From positions 339,739 to 403,738 of the forward strand of contig NMRA01000289.1 of assembly GCA_002633005.1 (NCBI GenBank): a stretch of DNA of 64,000 nt, written 5' to 3'. Made by a program: the position numbers and the translations under genes. Positions within the stretch are counted from its first letter, which is position 1; every line of letters begins with the position of its first letter. Below the pieces are notes generated by a model. That model worked only from the letters and a program-made list of their open reading frames with translations, was not told the DNA's origin and did not search any database. The DNA is from Phoronis australis. Taxonomy: Eukaryota > Animalia > Phoronida. Below, piece after piece: positions 1-12,466 of this stretch.

Positions 1-204
1 ACTTCAAGCGATAAGCTGACACCAGTAACCCGTGTTGTGAACTGCTGAACATACTGCGTGTGAAACCGATGACGTCATTGGATAATTTCAACACCTACGT
101 CTGCCGTCAGGTGTCAGGTAACACAACCGTACGTGTCGTTATGGAGTAGAACTACTCGATCTAAATTGATACAAATTAGGTTGTTTTTTGGGTGGCTTGC
201 TCCT
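1..204 (+). mobile_element. Right end of a Kolobok/T2-type MITE (truncated by the window edge)
   Basis: Near-identical to 3583-3787; ends GGGTGGCTTGCTCCT followed by TTAA (205-208). Confidence 0.85.
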
Positions 205-2112
205 TTAAGGTGGGTTGGACTGTGACCAGGTAATAGTCACTCACTGGCAATCCGCATTTTGAGAACAAGTTTTAACGCCTGCTATTCAGTGAAAAACTGG
301 TTCTTGTTATGCAGTAGAAAATATGTGTTCTCAAAGTGGGGATCCCCTGTATGTGACTATTACAATTATGCTTTGCTCAGAGTTTCGAGCAACATGCAAG
401 TGTTTCATTCTTGTGGTTATGATCTACATAATACAGCAGTGATTTTAGTCAAAATTTCGGTCTTTTCGAAAAGTTTTTCAAAATAACAAATTTGACTCTT
501 ATTGAGGGGGCCTCCTCATGGCAAGAGTTGAGCAGTGTGAAATGCTTGAGAACATTTGCACTAGCAAACACCCTCACGTTGACTCAAAATTAAAAACCGT
601 GACATCATTAATGTGTTCCTAAAAGTATTACACTCATAGGCTACAAAACACACAACATGCCAAGAAATTTGTCTAACCATTGGGAACTTTAGTTTTCTGA
701 TGTATTGATTAGAAACATGGTCTCAGGATAGCCTGAAGTACTAAGTCTGGGCATTAACATAGCCATAGGGCGCACAACAAGGCTGCACCCTCTTCATTGC
801 AGACCTTTTCCCTGATAGAAACTCCTTTCAGCTTTGTGTTTACCTAGCTCCTCTGTCCCTGTCCCCTGTCCAGGCAGTGCCTCCTGGTTGCCTCTCATTA
901 CAGTCACAATCATTGGTCGCCAACAATTTCAAGTTTGGCAACCTCTGTTGAATAATTCTGACTACACCAGTGGTGCTGGGGGAATAGGTTATTAAAGACC
1001 CGACTTCCACTCAAGTTGCACAGTCACTGTCTTGTGAAAGCATAGACCATTATGAAAGTAACACCTGGGCCCAGGGTTTCAACTTTTTACTCAAGATTAT
1101 CGCCATTACCCGAGTTAGTTTGAATTGTTAATGACTTTGATGACAGCCAGTAGCAGGCCAGATCTAACAAAATCCCGGATACTTTTTCAGCCGGCATTTT
1201 CTCCCTCTTCACATCGCAAATTTAGCTACTCGAATGGAAAAGTCAGTTAGAGAGCACTGATTCAACTTTCACGTCGGCAACTTGCCTTGCGCTCTAGTCT
1301 TTCAACGGCAGTCCTGAAGAACAGTAAGGCCGCACCTGCATGAATGAAGTCAATTTTGAGATCTGAAATTTGTGAGCATTTAACGCTACAGGTAAGAGCA
1401 TAATCTAAACATTTTCTCGATGATCTAAAAAATCTGTTTTGGCGCTTAAAAATGGTGGGAAAATTTTGCAACCTGGCATTTACGAATGCGAGCTGGATTT
1501 TGAAAATGCGACCTGGGATTTTGGCTAGGTCGCAAAATGCGACCTGCCGATTTTAATAGCGTCAAGCCCTGAGCAAATTACCCGAAATCCTCCTTAAGTT
1601 TTCCAAGTAGCATCCCTAAGATATTTAAGTTCCCGTGGAGTCGGGATCACGGCAGGTTTAAGTACAAATTTGTGCTACATCGTGCCATCTACATGTATGA
1701 TTGGTAACATGAGACAAATGTATGGACGGAACACACAATCATGTTCTTGTCAAGGCGTGACGTTTGTTTCGAAGCTCATCTGCGTTTGTGAGTAAGCGAG
1801 CCCGTGCGTGTCACCTGAGAGTTCATTTGCAAGAGCAGAGACCGTCTTTTGGCCAGAGCCACGCAATCGAACGAACTAGATGCATTGTATCTAAAGAAAT
1901 TTGCACAAGCAGTAGGTCTAAACCGGCCAAAGCGTGTTTCATTCAGCACTAGCCGGTCTCATGTGCTAAAAAAGGTTCGACATTTGTTTCGGTAAGGCCA
2001 TATTAGTCGCCGTGTGGCTGGATGCATATGTGACTATCTGACAGTTATTTTTCAGTGTAAGGGTGTGTAGGCATTCACTGCAAGTGGTTATTTTATCGGA
2101 TATTTGGCTTAA

Positions 2113-3787
2113 AGGAGAATGCCACCCGACTTAATTAGTCTTTTTTGCCGTCTTAATCGGTCTATATCCACATCGCCTCGCATACGGTCGACCTTGCCTT
2201 GCCATGAGGTGTCGCGTTAACCTGTGAGGAAGGTGAGAAATGACGCTAGCGACGTCAGTGGTTCATATGCAGAGTGAATGCCCCTATGTTGCGGGCATCG
2301 TTCCCGCTTGTCCGAACTAAGCAGCTGCGAGTAAAGCGGTTATATCGTTTTTTTACTTCCTCGAGAGTCCGAAATGCTTAGGAAGTGGCTCATGGTAGTG
2401 AAGAATTAAATGTACGCTGTAAATAGCAAGTATGAGGCCGTGAAACATCTCCGTGTCTGTGGCCTGAAGACGTCTCAACAGTGTCTGACGAATACCGGCT
2501 TACCAAATAACTCCATACATTCTGTTGTCTGAGCTTGTTTACGGCACCTTTCTAGTATTTCTCCAAAACAGTATTCCTGTTCGAATTGATAGCCTGTAAA
2601 ACTTAACGATCCACCTGCGAAGTCGGGACTGATGAGCTCTACCTCATCCTACGTGGGGATTGCGAGTTGCCATCGTTGGCGTTTATTACCGAGCGTTCTG
2701 TTTCAAAATGAATTATTCTCACCCTAACTAATACTTATATGAAACTGAAACAAAGTGTGTCTCATTAGATGCAATTTGTAATGCCTTCGGAGTGTTCGTG
2801 AGTGCAAATGATTTGAGAAGCCAGCAATGAATGAATCACTGCGTTACCCGTCCGGGTTTAGGTGCAATAAAACTAATTGACGGGACTCCTAGGCCGTGTG
2901 AGCTCATGCTAATTTAGTGTTTGCTGGCAGAAACTGTTGTGAAACAACTCGATTTCCATCCCACGGCCAGGTGTTAGGGGAATCTTTATTTACATTTACA
3001 TTACTCAAATATTGATTGTCAATGTACAATTACTTCTGCCCTGACGGTGCTGTGGCCAAAGCAGAACCTGACTTAGCGGCCACAGACGAGTAAGTAGATT
3101 TGCAGTTTCGTGGCTATTCACGAACATAATCAGGTGCACATTACTTTGGCTCACTACTATAGTATTTTCTTTACTGGAAGTTTAGTTTCCACTGAACTTT
3201 GGCTGGTTTACGTTCGTGATGTCTTATCAGTTTCCGAGCCACTGGCGGGGAGGCGGCCGGCCGCGACGGGCCTGAACGGGCTTCGATGCCGCTGGCCAGA
3301 CTAACAAGCATTTTGTGTTTAGAACTCAAAAAATCAAAAGTCTAAACAACACAGATCTAGGTTGTCCTGTCTGTATCTCACGGAAAATACTTCGAAATTA
3401 TCTCCGAAGAGACCCCCAAACTCCTGTTACGGACCTTATTGGCCTGCCGAACCGTTGTAGGCAACGGTGTGTCCAAATACCTATAAATCCGTAAGAGCAA
3501 AATAAAACAAGTTTTTATAAGAACTCGGTGTATTTGTAAGGGTTTTACATCGAAGTTTGATGATTTATTGGTGTTAAACGATGACTTCAAGCGATAAGCT
3601 GACACCAGTAACCCGTGTTGTGAACTGCTGAACAGACTGCGTGTGAAACCGATGACGTCATTGGATAATTTCGACACCTCCGTCTGCCATCAGGTGTCAG
3701 GAAACGCAACAGTACCTGTCGTTATGGAGTAGAACTACTCGATCTAAATTGATACAAATTAGGTTGTTTTTTGGGTGGCATGCTCCT
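2113..3787 (+). mobile_element. Full-length non-autonomous Kolobok/T2-type DNA transposon
   Basis: TTAA (2109-2112)|AGGAGAATGCCACCC ... GGGTGGCATGCTCCT|TTAA (3788-3791): 15-bp TIR with one mismatch, TTAA TSD and AGG termini. No coding capacity. Confidence 0.85.
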
Positions 3788-4268
3788 TTAAAAACACCAA
3801 TTATGGTTAATCAAACAATGCATTTTAAAAATAATGCAAACATTTTTATAGTATTACAAACTATCGTAAATTAGTGCCAATATTCATTTCTTGCCCATGC
3901 TATGCTACCAGTTTCATGAATGTATAGTTCCCGACTAATGTCTCTGATGACAGGTTCATGTATGTAGCGCGCGCTTCCTGGCCACCTGCTTTTAACACTG
4001 GCCAAGCTTTTTATTAGTCTTCGATTTGCGGTTTTCACGTGTACAAAGAAATTTGGATTCCTGTTGAAAGCGGGAAATATCTACAAAGAAATCCTGTATA
4101 CAAGTACACTACTTCTGTTCTGAAAGGCCAGACCATTGGTCCTCGCAAGATCAGCAGAACTTTTGTGTTGGTTTTGAGGCATGGCGGTGTCACAGAAAAA
4201 CCTTTGCCAGGAAAAACCTTTGCCTTTCGGTATAATAATATAAGTCAAGGGGAGCAAAGTGTTTAGAC

Positions 4269-4856
4269 TTCTCTCTGGGGATGGAAGTCTTGGTCAAAAA
4301 CATGAGGAAACAAGGTCGGAAGGGCATGCCTCTTGACAACGAATGGAAGGGTTCGTACACCATTGCAGAGCTTGGGGAACAGTCTGCGACTTTGATGGAT
4401 GGGAATGGTGTACACATGGCCAAAAGGGTTCCTATCATCCAAATGAAGCCTTATTTGAAATCATCACTGCCAAGTCAAAGTTCAAAAGACCCTGAGTCCA
4501 CCAAATCCATTTGTGACTCCAAGATTCCTGTGAATCCAGAGGTTAAAGTTCTTCATCTTTTAACTGCTCTAAGTCATCTGATTCAACAAAAACCTCTGTT
4601 CTGTGATCCATGGTCCAACTTCTGCTTCAGTGCCCACAAAATCAACAGGCGTGGGAAAGTCCCCTATGGATCCATCACACCTCTCCAAACCATCCAGCAC
4701 TCAACCAAGCCCACCCTGAGCACTCTTACTCCATCTGGTGATAAACATCCCAAAACAGGTAATTCTGATTGCCCACTTCAGTCTTCTGGAGGCCCAATTT
4801 CTCCACTTATGTCTAATCCATCTCCAGCTAGTGTTCCTGGGTTCTACAACAGGTGA
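4269..4856 (+). pseudogene. Gypsy/Ginger integrase C-terminal (GPY/F-type) fragment plus S/P/T-rich tail
   Basis: FSLGMEVLVKNMRKQGRKGMPLDNEWKGSYTI...GVHMAKRVPIIQMKPY resembles the F..G..VL.KN.R...RKG.KL...W.GPY.I...LKPY motif. DDE core absent. Internal duplication 4818-4925 vs 5061-5160. Confidence 0.65.
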
Positions 4857-5285
4857 TGCTGATGGTCATTGCCAGTCTCCAGCAAAGTCAGTATCTGCAA
4901 AACCTGCACGTGAACACACAACTGTGTCAGCATTTAAGAACAGGAACGGAACGTACACCGAGAATACGGTAAGGCTAATCTAAGTTTCAGATCTAACCCC
5001 TCCAACTCATCTGTGCAGTCACCATGCATCTGAATGCCCAGTTCCTCCATTGAAGTCAAATCCATATCTAGTGTTCCAGGTGCTGCTACTGGAGATGCTG
5101 GCACAACCTGTCTCCAACAAAATCAATATCTGTAAAACCTGCACGTGAACATTCAACTGTAACACCTTCTCATTAGAAATGAACTTTTCTCAAATAAATG
5201 AGCTTCGAATAAAGGACTTAAATTGAATACTTAATAAGGTATTGCCCACACAATACCACACTTGCAAATTCATTAATCGGTCTAT

Positions 5286-5287
<2 letters not shown>

Positions 5288-5316
<29 letters not shown>
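5288..5316. repeat. (TA)n microsatellite
   Basis: Direct reading. Confidence 0.95.
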
Positions 5317-5318
<2 letters not shown>

Positions 5319-6419
5319 TTACCAGCAATTCGTAAACTAGGTCATCCGCCAGGTTCTCTGCGAAACTTAGGTCATCGCTTATGGACCAGTTAGCGCTTCA
5401 CTCTCCGCGTGTCTCAGTGTCTACTGGAGAGAAGCACCAGAAAGGTTGTTCTACATTTTGTAGCCTAAAATTACCAAAGTTCAAATATATTCCGTTGAAA
5501 AGGAAAGACAAAACATATTAGTACAGATGTCTGGCCAATCATGAGTCACTACTCGTAAGCAAATCAAAGCTGTCCTTACTCGTTGCCTTGTCTCGCACTN
5601 NNNNNNNNNNNNNNNNNNNNNNNNNNNNNNNNNNNNNNNNNNNNNNNNNNNNNNNNNNNNNNNNNNNNNNNNNNNNNNNNNNNNNNNNNNNNNNNNNNNN
5701 NNNNNNNNNNNNNNNNNNNNNNNNNNNNNNNNNNNNNNNNNNNNNNNNNNNNNNNNNNNNNNNNNNNNNNNNNNNNNNNNNNNNNNNNNNNNNNNNNNNN
5801 NNNNNNNNNNNNNNNNNNNNNNNNNNNNNNNNNNNNNNNNNNNNNNNNNNNNNNNNNNNNNNNNNNNNNNNNNNNNNNNNNNNNNNNNNNNNNNNNNNNN
5901 NNNNNNNNNNNNNNNNNNNNNNNNNNNNNNNNNNNNNNNNNNNNNNNNNNNNNNNNNNNNNNNNNNNNNNNNNNNNNNNNNNNNNNNNNNNNNNNNNNNN
6001 NNNNNNNNNNNNNNNNNNNNNNNNNNNNNNNNNNNNNNNNNNNNNNNNNNNNNNNNNNNNNNNNNNNNNNNNNNNNNNNNNNNNNNNNNNNNNNNNNNNN
6101 NNNNNNNNNNNNNNNNNNNNNNNNNNNNNNNNNNNNNNNNNNNNNNNNNNNNNNNNNNNNNNNNNNNNNNNNNNNNNNNNNNNNNNNNNNNNNNNNNNNN
6201 NNNNNNNNNNNNNNNNNNNNNNNNNNNNNNNNNNNNNNNNNNNNNNNNNNNNNNNNNNNNNNNNNNNNNNNNNNNNNNNNNNNNNNNNNNNNNNNNNTCC
6301 TCCAAACCACCGCAACCTCTATTAATCAGATTTTAATGGCCTCTGAAGTGCATGTTTCAGATCATGATGCTCTTATCTGTGGCTAATTCTAGCAGTTTTC
6401 ATTTTCAGCATTTCATTTC

Positions 6420-6940
6420 TGGTTTTCCTTGAAGTCCAATTTCAAATCCTTGTGTTTTATTCAGTTTTAGAATTGTGGGATTTTATGCTTACTTATTTTT
6501 GTGTGTATATAGGAGTTACTTGTGCACGCTTATATAAGTATGCTGCCAAGGTGTTTTCGTTTAGGTTTTTCTTGAAGTCCAAGTACAAATCTTCGTGCCA
6601 TTGTTCAGTTTTAGATCAAGTTTTTGGGATTTTACGCTTTCTTGTTTTGGTGTGCATATAGGAGTTACTTGTGCACACTTATATAAGTATGCTGCCTATG
6701 ATAAAAGTATGCTGCCGTCTTGGTGTCTTCGTTTCGGTTTTTCTTGAAGTCCAATTTCAAATCCTCGTGCTTTATTCAGTTTTAGATTTTTGGGATTTTA
6801 TGCTTGGTGTGCATATAGGAGTTACTTGTGCACGCTTATATAAGTATGCTGCCTATATAAGTATGCTGCCGTCTTGGTGTCTTCGTTTCGGTTTTTCTTG
6901 AAGTCCCAATTTCAAATCCTCCTGCTTTATTCAGTTTTAC
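6420..6940 (+). repeat. Imperfect tandem repeat, ~145-175-bp unit, ~3.5 copies
   Basis: GAAGTCCAA(T)TTCAAATC recurs at about 6431, 6575, 6747 and 6900; GGAGTTACTTGTGCAC..TATAAGTATGCTGCC occurs three times. Confidence 0.85.
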
Positions 6941-6997
6941 AATTAAATTAGATACTTGTGATGTTGGATGTGTGATTGTATGAGAAAGAGTGCTTAA

Positions 6998-7137
6998 AAC
7001 AAAAACGTAGAACGTTGAAATGGTGTGCTATTACGGTTATATATTTGTATCATAAAAATGGCCACTAGATGGCGCAAAAACATGGACGGAGATGACGGCA
7101 TAATGCGTCCACATATAAATATGTGGGCGCATAAAAA
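6998..7137 (-). mobile_element. Internally deleted mini-HINE (same family as 10210-12150)
   Basis: Contains TGGCCACTAGATGGCGCA and the terminal palindrome ATGCGTCCACATATAAATATGTGGGCGCAT; flanked by a ~51-bp direct duplication (6945-6995 / 7141-7191). Confidence 0.75.
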
Positions 7138-7452
7138 AGAAAATTAGATACTTGTGATGTTGGATGTGTGATTGTGTGAGAACGAGTGCTTGCAAAAAAA
7201 GATGATTAGATACTGTGATGCTGAGTGTGGCTGACTGTGACTAATACTTAATCCATCTTTTTGCAGGTAAACTTAATATCTGTTAAAATAAAGTTTCTTA
7301 TCGACTGCAGGAATTATTAGCAGCGTTTCAACCCAGTCCTCCCTATGCCTTTGTTACAATTACACTGTTCTCATGCCGAACACACATATTTTGGTACTGG
7401 GATTTCTAAACATGACAACTGAAAATGATTTCTTTTGATCCACCAAATTGAT

Positions 7453-7945
7453 AGAGCAAAGATATTTCCCGACGCTTGTGTGTCAGTCTTTACCACAGGA
7501 AAAACATTTGCTCGCTGCTGTCCTTGCATGCACTAGAACAAATACGTTTCTAGGCAGTTGCTTGTCTTATCTACATCACAGGATATTTGCAATGCAAATA
7601 ATATAAGTAAGTTATTAAACTTTGACTAATCGTAGTACGATAAATGTATTTCCCGAGACAGTCCCTTGCGGGAAATTAGTTTGCTATTCTATGAATGGCA
7701 ACGTTTGGATGCAGTGGCGAATGCATTTTGCAGAGCAAAGATATTTCACGACACTTGTGTTTCAGTCTTGACCACGGGATTTGCTCGGTCCTGTCCTTGC
7801 ATGCACTAGAACAAATACATTTCTAGGCAGTTGCTTGTCTTATCTACATCACAGGATATTTGCTAATCGTACTATGGCAAATGTATTTCCCCGAGACACT
7901 ACGTTGCGGAAAAAACATTTGGTTGCTTCTGTCCTTGCATGCCCT
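7453..7945 (+). repeat. ~280-bp direct duplication inside the Ginger-like element
   Basis: AGAGCAAAGATATTTC..GTCCTTGCATGCACTAGAACAAATAC..CACAGGATATTTGC at ~7453 and ~7732. Confidence 0.85.
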
Positions 7946-8630
7946 CGTTGTCCTTATCTTGCCACAAAATAAGCCAACACTCGAAACATAAAAGCAGTAA
8001 ATAATTGCAATATTAAATCTATAAACACCAAATTAACATTTGATTAAATTTTAAAACACATACAATAAGGGTCAACTGGAGCAAAGGTTTTTCCCGGCAA
8101 TTGTTTTCCCCGTCTCGACGACGGGAAAAAGATTTGCCCCATTTCCACGTATGCGCATTAAGGTGCCTAAGCACTGGTTTTTCCCGGCAAAGGTTTTTCC
8201 TGGCAAAGGTTTTCCCGTGACAAGTTTGAAGTGTATAGTCAGGGCTAAATACTGACATAGTGGCGAGGCTCGTGGTCTACAAATTGTGCGCACAATGACT
8301 GTCGGGTATTATTGAAAAAATGAAGACGTTACTGTAGAATTTAAAGACTGTAGGTATTTTTCGCACGTACACATTCTTGGACTGGGCGCTTATTTTAGCA
8401 AAGTATGAAAACGCGTGGGGGGGGCACTTACAGGGGCATGGGCGGTTATTACGGCGAATGCGGTATGCCAACTATGTGCCTATCAGTTATCAGTTGCAAG
8501 TAAAAATTTTAATTGTATGAAAGGTTGAGTTCAAAATTGTTTTATGCATGCGTGTAAACAAAAATTACTTCATGCACAGATATAAAAAATAACTGTTGTT
8601 GAACTTTGAACTATTTTAATGCTCACTAAT

Positions 8631-10007
8631 CACGAGTGAGAAACAACATGACCGCTGATCCTCCAAATTGAACCGACTCGCCACAAAACAGGAACTTTTA
8701 CCGGGATCAAATGGGACTGCAGCACCAGAAAGTAGGACCAACACACCTAAAACATGACCGCCCCGCCACAAAATAGGATCGCGGGAGACTGAACATGACC
8801 ACCGGGAATTGAAAACCACAATGACAATCAGGCTAAGTTTTATGACCGGTCACTTGACAGTAGGCCTAAACACATCATACTGTCGGGCTATATACGTATG
8901 CTTATCTTATGTTGAGTAATCCACCAAAATCTTAATATGTGCACTTACACGACACTTCGCTTTGTAAAACGTGGTGCTTTTGAGTTTTACTTCACCAGGC
9001 TCTGCTGCGGTGTGTGACTTATAAATAATTGAAAGGTCAACATTTAATCTAACATACAAACCAACCAAATATTTATAATTTTATCCACTGCTTAAGTTTT
9101 AGAACAAAACTTTTGAAATTCATTTTCTGCAATTTGGCGTTTTAGTCAAATCAAAAATGGGCATTATGGTTCTGGGCTAAATTATCATCATAACTAGCCT
9201 TGGTGAGGTGAAGCGGTATACTATGGGTGGGCTTTCATTGGCCAGTTTCTTTTTTCCTCAATTCTTCAATCAACTGTTCTTCTTTTCCATGAGTTTGCAT
9301 ACATGGCACAACAAATTATCGGAACTGGTTTAATTTCTTTACAAGTTTTTAGCATTTTAATACCAGCAAATGGAATTTCAGAACAAGTTTTGCTGGTGTG
9401 AAGCTCAGTCATTGTCTTCTGAAAGTCTTTTGGCGTCACAAAATTTTAGGAAATGGCGCGTGCGCATGTCATGAGCAGGACAGACTTTTCTTTGTTACAA
9501 AAGGCAAAGAATTATGCAAGAAAATGACGTTTATTAGATTGTTTTTCACACAAGCGGTTGCAACGGGCAAGGTGAGTGTTTGGTTAACTCCTAGATTTTG
9601 CATAGAACTCTGCCGGTTGTGACTCTACATGTTGATATATGTTTCACGAGGTGACGAGCAGAACTACCCAGGCTGTGGGAAATTTTGGGGTATAACGGAG
9701 CAACACACAGTCATAAACTCATACCAAGTTGTATTTTGACGATCTTGTTTACACAGCTAGCTGACCGGTTATGGCATAACCCGCAGTAGCACTGATAACT
9801 ACATTTTGTCCGGCAGTCTTGTTCAGTCTCCGGCAGTCCTCAGCTGTTTTGTGGTGGGGCGGTCATGTTTTTAGGTGCCTCAGTCACATTTTCTGGTGCA
9901 ATGGTGCCATTTGATCCCTGTAGGTCCTGTGTTGTGGCAAGTCGGTCTGATTTGGAGGACCGGCGGTCATGCTTTGAGTCCGGCGGTCATGGTGTTTCTC
10001 ACCTGTG
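8631..10007. mobile_element. Non-autonomous TIR element with CAC..GTG termini and 5-bp TSD (Transib-like)
   Basis: CTAAT (8626-8630)|CACGAGTGAGAAACA ... TGTTTCTCACCTGTG|CTAAT (10008-10012). Imperfect inverted arms of ~150 bp with repeated CATGACCG motifs. Confidence 0.75.
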
Positions 10008-10209
10008 CTAATCTTGGATTAGAAAACAGGTTTTACATTTGAGTAAACAGATTTATGACTATGCGAACCTTATCCACTCACCCTTAATTGGCGTAGAAAC
10101 ACCAGCCGGCATTCTATACAGGATAGGGATACCTTTCACATAACTGCAGACTTAACTGAGCTCCATACAAATTTCATCAGACACGTGAGCGTATTACAAC
10201 AAACTTTGT

Positions 10210-12150
10210 AACAAGAGCAACGCAGAGCGTTGAAATGCGCCCACAATTGCACCGTATACGGTATCCTTCTAGGGTTGTTTATTGGTACCATAAAGTGGCC
10301 AGTAGAGGGCATATATGTAGTATGTTGTACTTTACAAAATGGAAAGGGATGGTCACTGTCTCCTCAATAGGCTAGGGGCAAAATGTGAGTGATCTTCATA
10401 ATACAAGCACATCCTATACATCAGTTGCTTAAAGCACCACAGAAACATAGAATTAAAAACAAATTTACCAACATACGAGATTAGCACAGCATTAGAATGC
10501 CAGAAACAAATTTCTACTTGGAACTCTTCCTTCGTAGTCACGAAGAAACAAAAAGTAATACACCTGAAGACCTATGAAAATACAGAGGTCAATGTAAAAT
10601 ATTAAAATTGCCACTAGAGGCATACGGGTAGTCAGAATCATCCTAAAGTCGTCATCGTCCATTGTCAACATCACATAAATACACTCGCTAAATTTAGTAA
10701 AGATCCTGCAAACGGTTTGGGAGATACAGCCATGGGCGCAAAAAAAAACTGTCACTAGGAGGCGCCACAGTAATCAAAGTCATGGGAAATTCAGCGTCAA
10801 TCATTCTATTCATAGTAAGAACATACATGCCAATTTTCACAATCATACTTATAGCGGTTTGGTTGATACAGGGGTGGACGCCAAAAAACAAGACTCAAAA
10901 ACCGTAAAAATGGCCACTGGGTGTAGCAAAGTTAAGGTCGAATCCATCCCAAACGGCAGGATAGCGTCATCGCACTAATAGGTGCCTACATACCAAATTT
11001 CATGAAAATCCGTTAAGGACTTTTGAAGATACAGAGGTAAACGTAAAAAAATAAAAATGCCACTAGGGGGCACACTGATAGGCGGATCTGTCCAAAAGTC
11101 GTCATCTTCCGTTTTTAACATCATATAAATACACTTACACAATTTTGTAAAGATCCTGAGAACGGTTTAGGAGATACAGCCATAGGCGCAAAAAAAAACT
11201 GCCACTAGGAGGCGCCACAGTAGTCGAAATCGTCAGAAAATCATCGTCAACTGTCCTCTACATAGTAAGCATATACATGCCAATTTTCACAATCATCTTT
11301 TGAGCGGTTTGGTTGATAGAGGGGTGGACGCACAAAAACAGACTTGAAAAACACTAAAAATGGCCACTAGATGGCACAAACTACGTCGAATCCATCTGAA
11401 AATGAGAGGATAGCGTTATCTCACTAATAGGTGCCTGCATACCAATTTTCATGAAAATCCGTTCAGGACTTTTGAAGATACAAAGGTAAGCGAAAAAAAA
11501 ATTAAAATTGCCACTAGGGGGCACACCGGTAGTCGGATCCGTCCAAAAGTCGTCATCTTCTGTTGTTAACATCATATAAATACACTTACACAATTTCGTA
11601 AAGATCCTGCAAACGGTTTAGGAGATAGAGCCATAGGTGCAAAAAAAAAACTGCCACTAGGAGGCGCCACAGTAGTCGAAATTGTCGGAAAATCATCGTC
11701 AACCATCCTCTACATAGTAAGCATATACATGCCAATTTTCACAATCATCCTTTGAGCGGTTTCAGGTTGATAGAGGGGTGGACGCACAAAAACAGACTCG
11801 AAAACACTAAAAATGGCCACTAGGTGGCGCAAACTATGTCGAATCCATCCGAAAACGGAAAGATAGCATCATCTCACTACTAGGTGCCTACATACCAAAT
11901 TTCATGAAAATCCGTTCAGGACTTTTGAAAATACAAAGGTAAGCGTAAAAAACTAAAATTGCCACTAGGGAGCACACCGGTAGTCGGATCCGGCCGAAAG
12001 TTCGCACACGCCGTCCCATTCATGAGTGGACCATATGTGCCAAATTTCATGAACGTATGTCAAAGGGTTTTGGAGATAGAGCAGTGGACGCCGGACGCCG
12101 CCCGGACGAACGGCATAATGCGTCCACATATAAATATGTGGGCGCATAAA
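10210..12150 (-). mobile_element. Helentron-associated interspersed element (HINE, DINE-1-like) with internal ~450-bp tandem repeat
   Basis: AACAAGAG end with hairpin CAACGC-AGA-GCGTTG (10218-10232) and subTIR ATGCGCCCACA (10235-10245). The other end has a GGACG micro-repeat and the palindrome 12118-12147 containing the inverse subTIR. Internal period 449-451 bp. Confidence 0.8.
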
Positions 12151-12466
12151 AAGGTTGTATTAACGAGACTTGGAGGGCAGAAAGCACAATATCAGTGTAC
12201 AAAAAAGAAAGTTACAGCCATATAGGAAGCATAAACATCTTTAGTGTAAACAGTTTACAGATAGATGTTGCTTAAACTTACTGGTTATAATTGCGTAAAA
12301 TCCATCCCGGAAGGCTTCTCTTTGGCATCTATGATATGTCCTTATGTGCTGCAAAGAAAGTAATAGAAATTAAAATGTGTTCTTACTAACAGTTATGATT
12401 ACTATACAGTTCTAGTGAAACCAAACAGAATATCTCGGGCATCACAGTGAGAGCAATCGTAAACTC

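Larger units (their letters stand above)
4188..8222 (+). mobile_element. Ginger-like (Gypsy-integrase-related) DNA transposon relic
   Basis: TGTCACAGAAAAACCTTTGCCAGGAAAAACCTTTGCC at 4188 is the inverted repeat of 8186-8222 (ends GTGACA). TGT..ACA termini, integrase C-terminal fragment inside. No TSD seen; spans an N-gap. Confidence 0.6.
4021..8337 (+). pseudogene. HIRAN-like ORF relic split by an insertion (halves 4021-4187 and 8223-8337)
   Basis: Left half SICGFHVYKEIWIPVE..RNPVYKY..SVLK.QTIG.PRKISRTF..LRHGG; right half SLKCIVRAKY*HSGEARGLQI..IEKMKTLL*. Together they match the invertebrate transposon-associated RGYHVY..W.P / VGHVPR.IS / GLEIPC family. Confidence 0.6.

Noticed and set aside
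1072-1571. CAGGG..CCCTG hAT-like element
   Set aside because: TIR match is poor and there is no 8-bp TSD; probably only a right-end fragment.
5481-6386. Long ORFs across N-runs (also ~20 kb, ~52 kb, ~63 kb)
   Set aside because: Artefacts of translating gaps.
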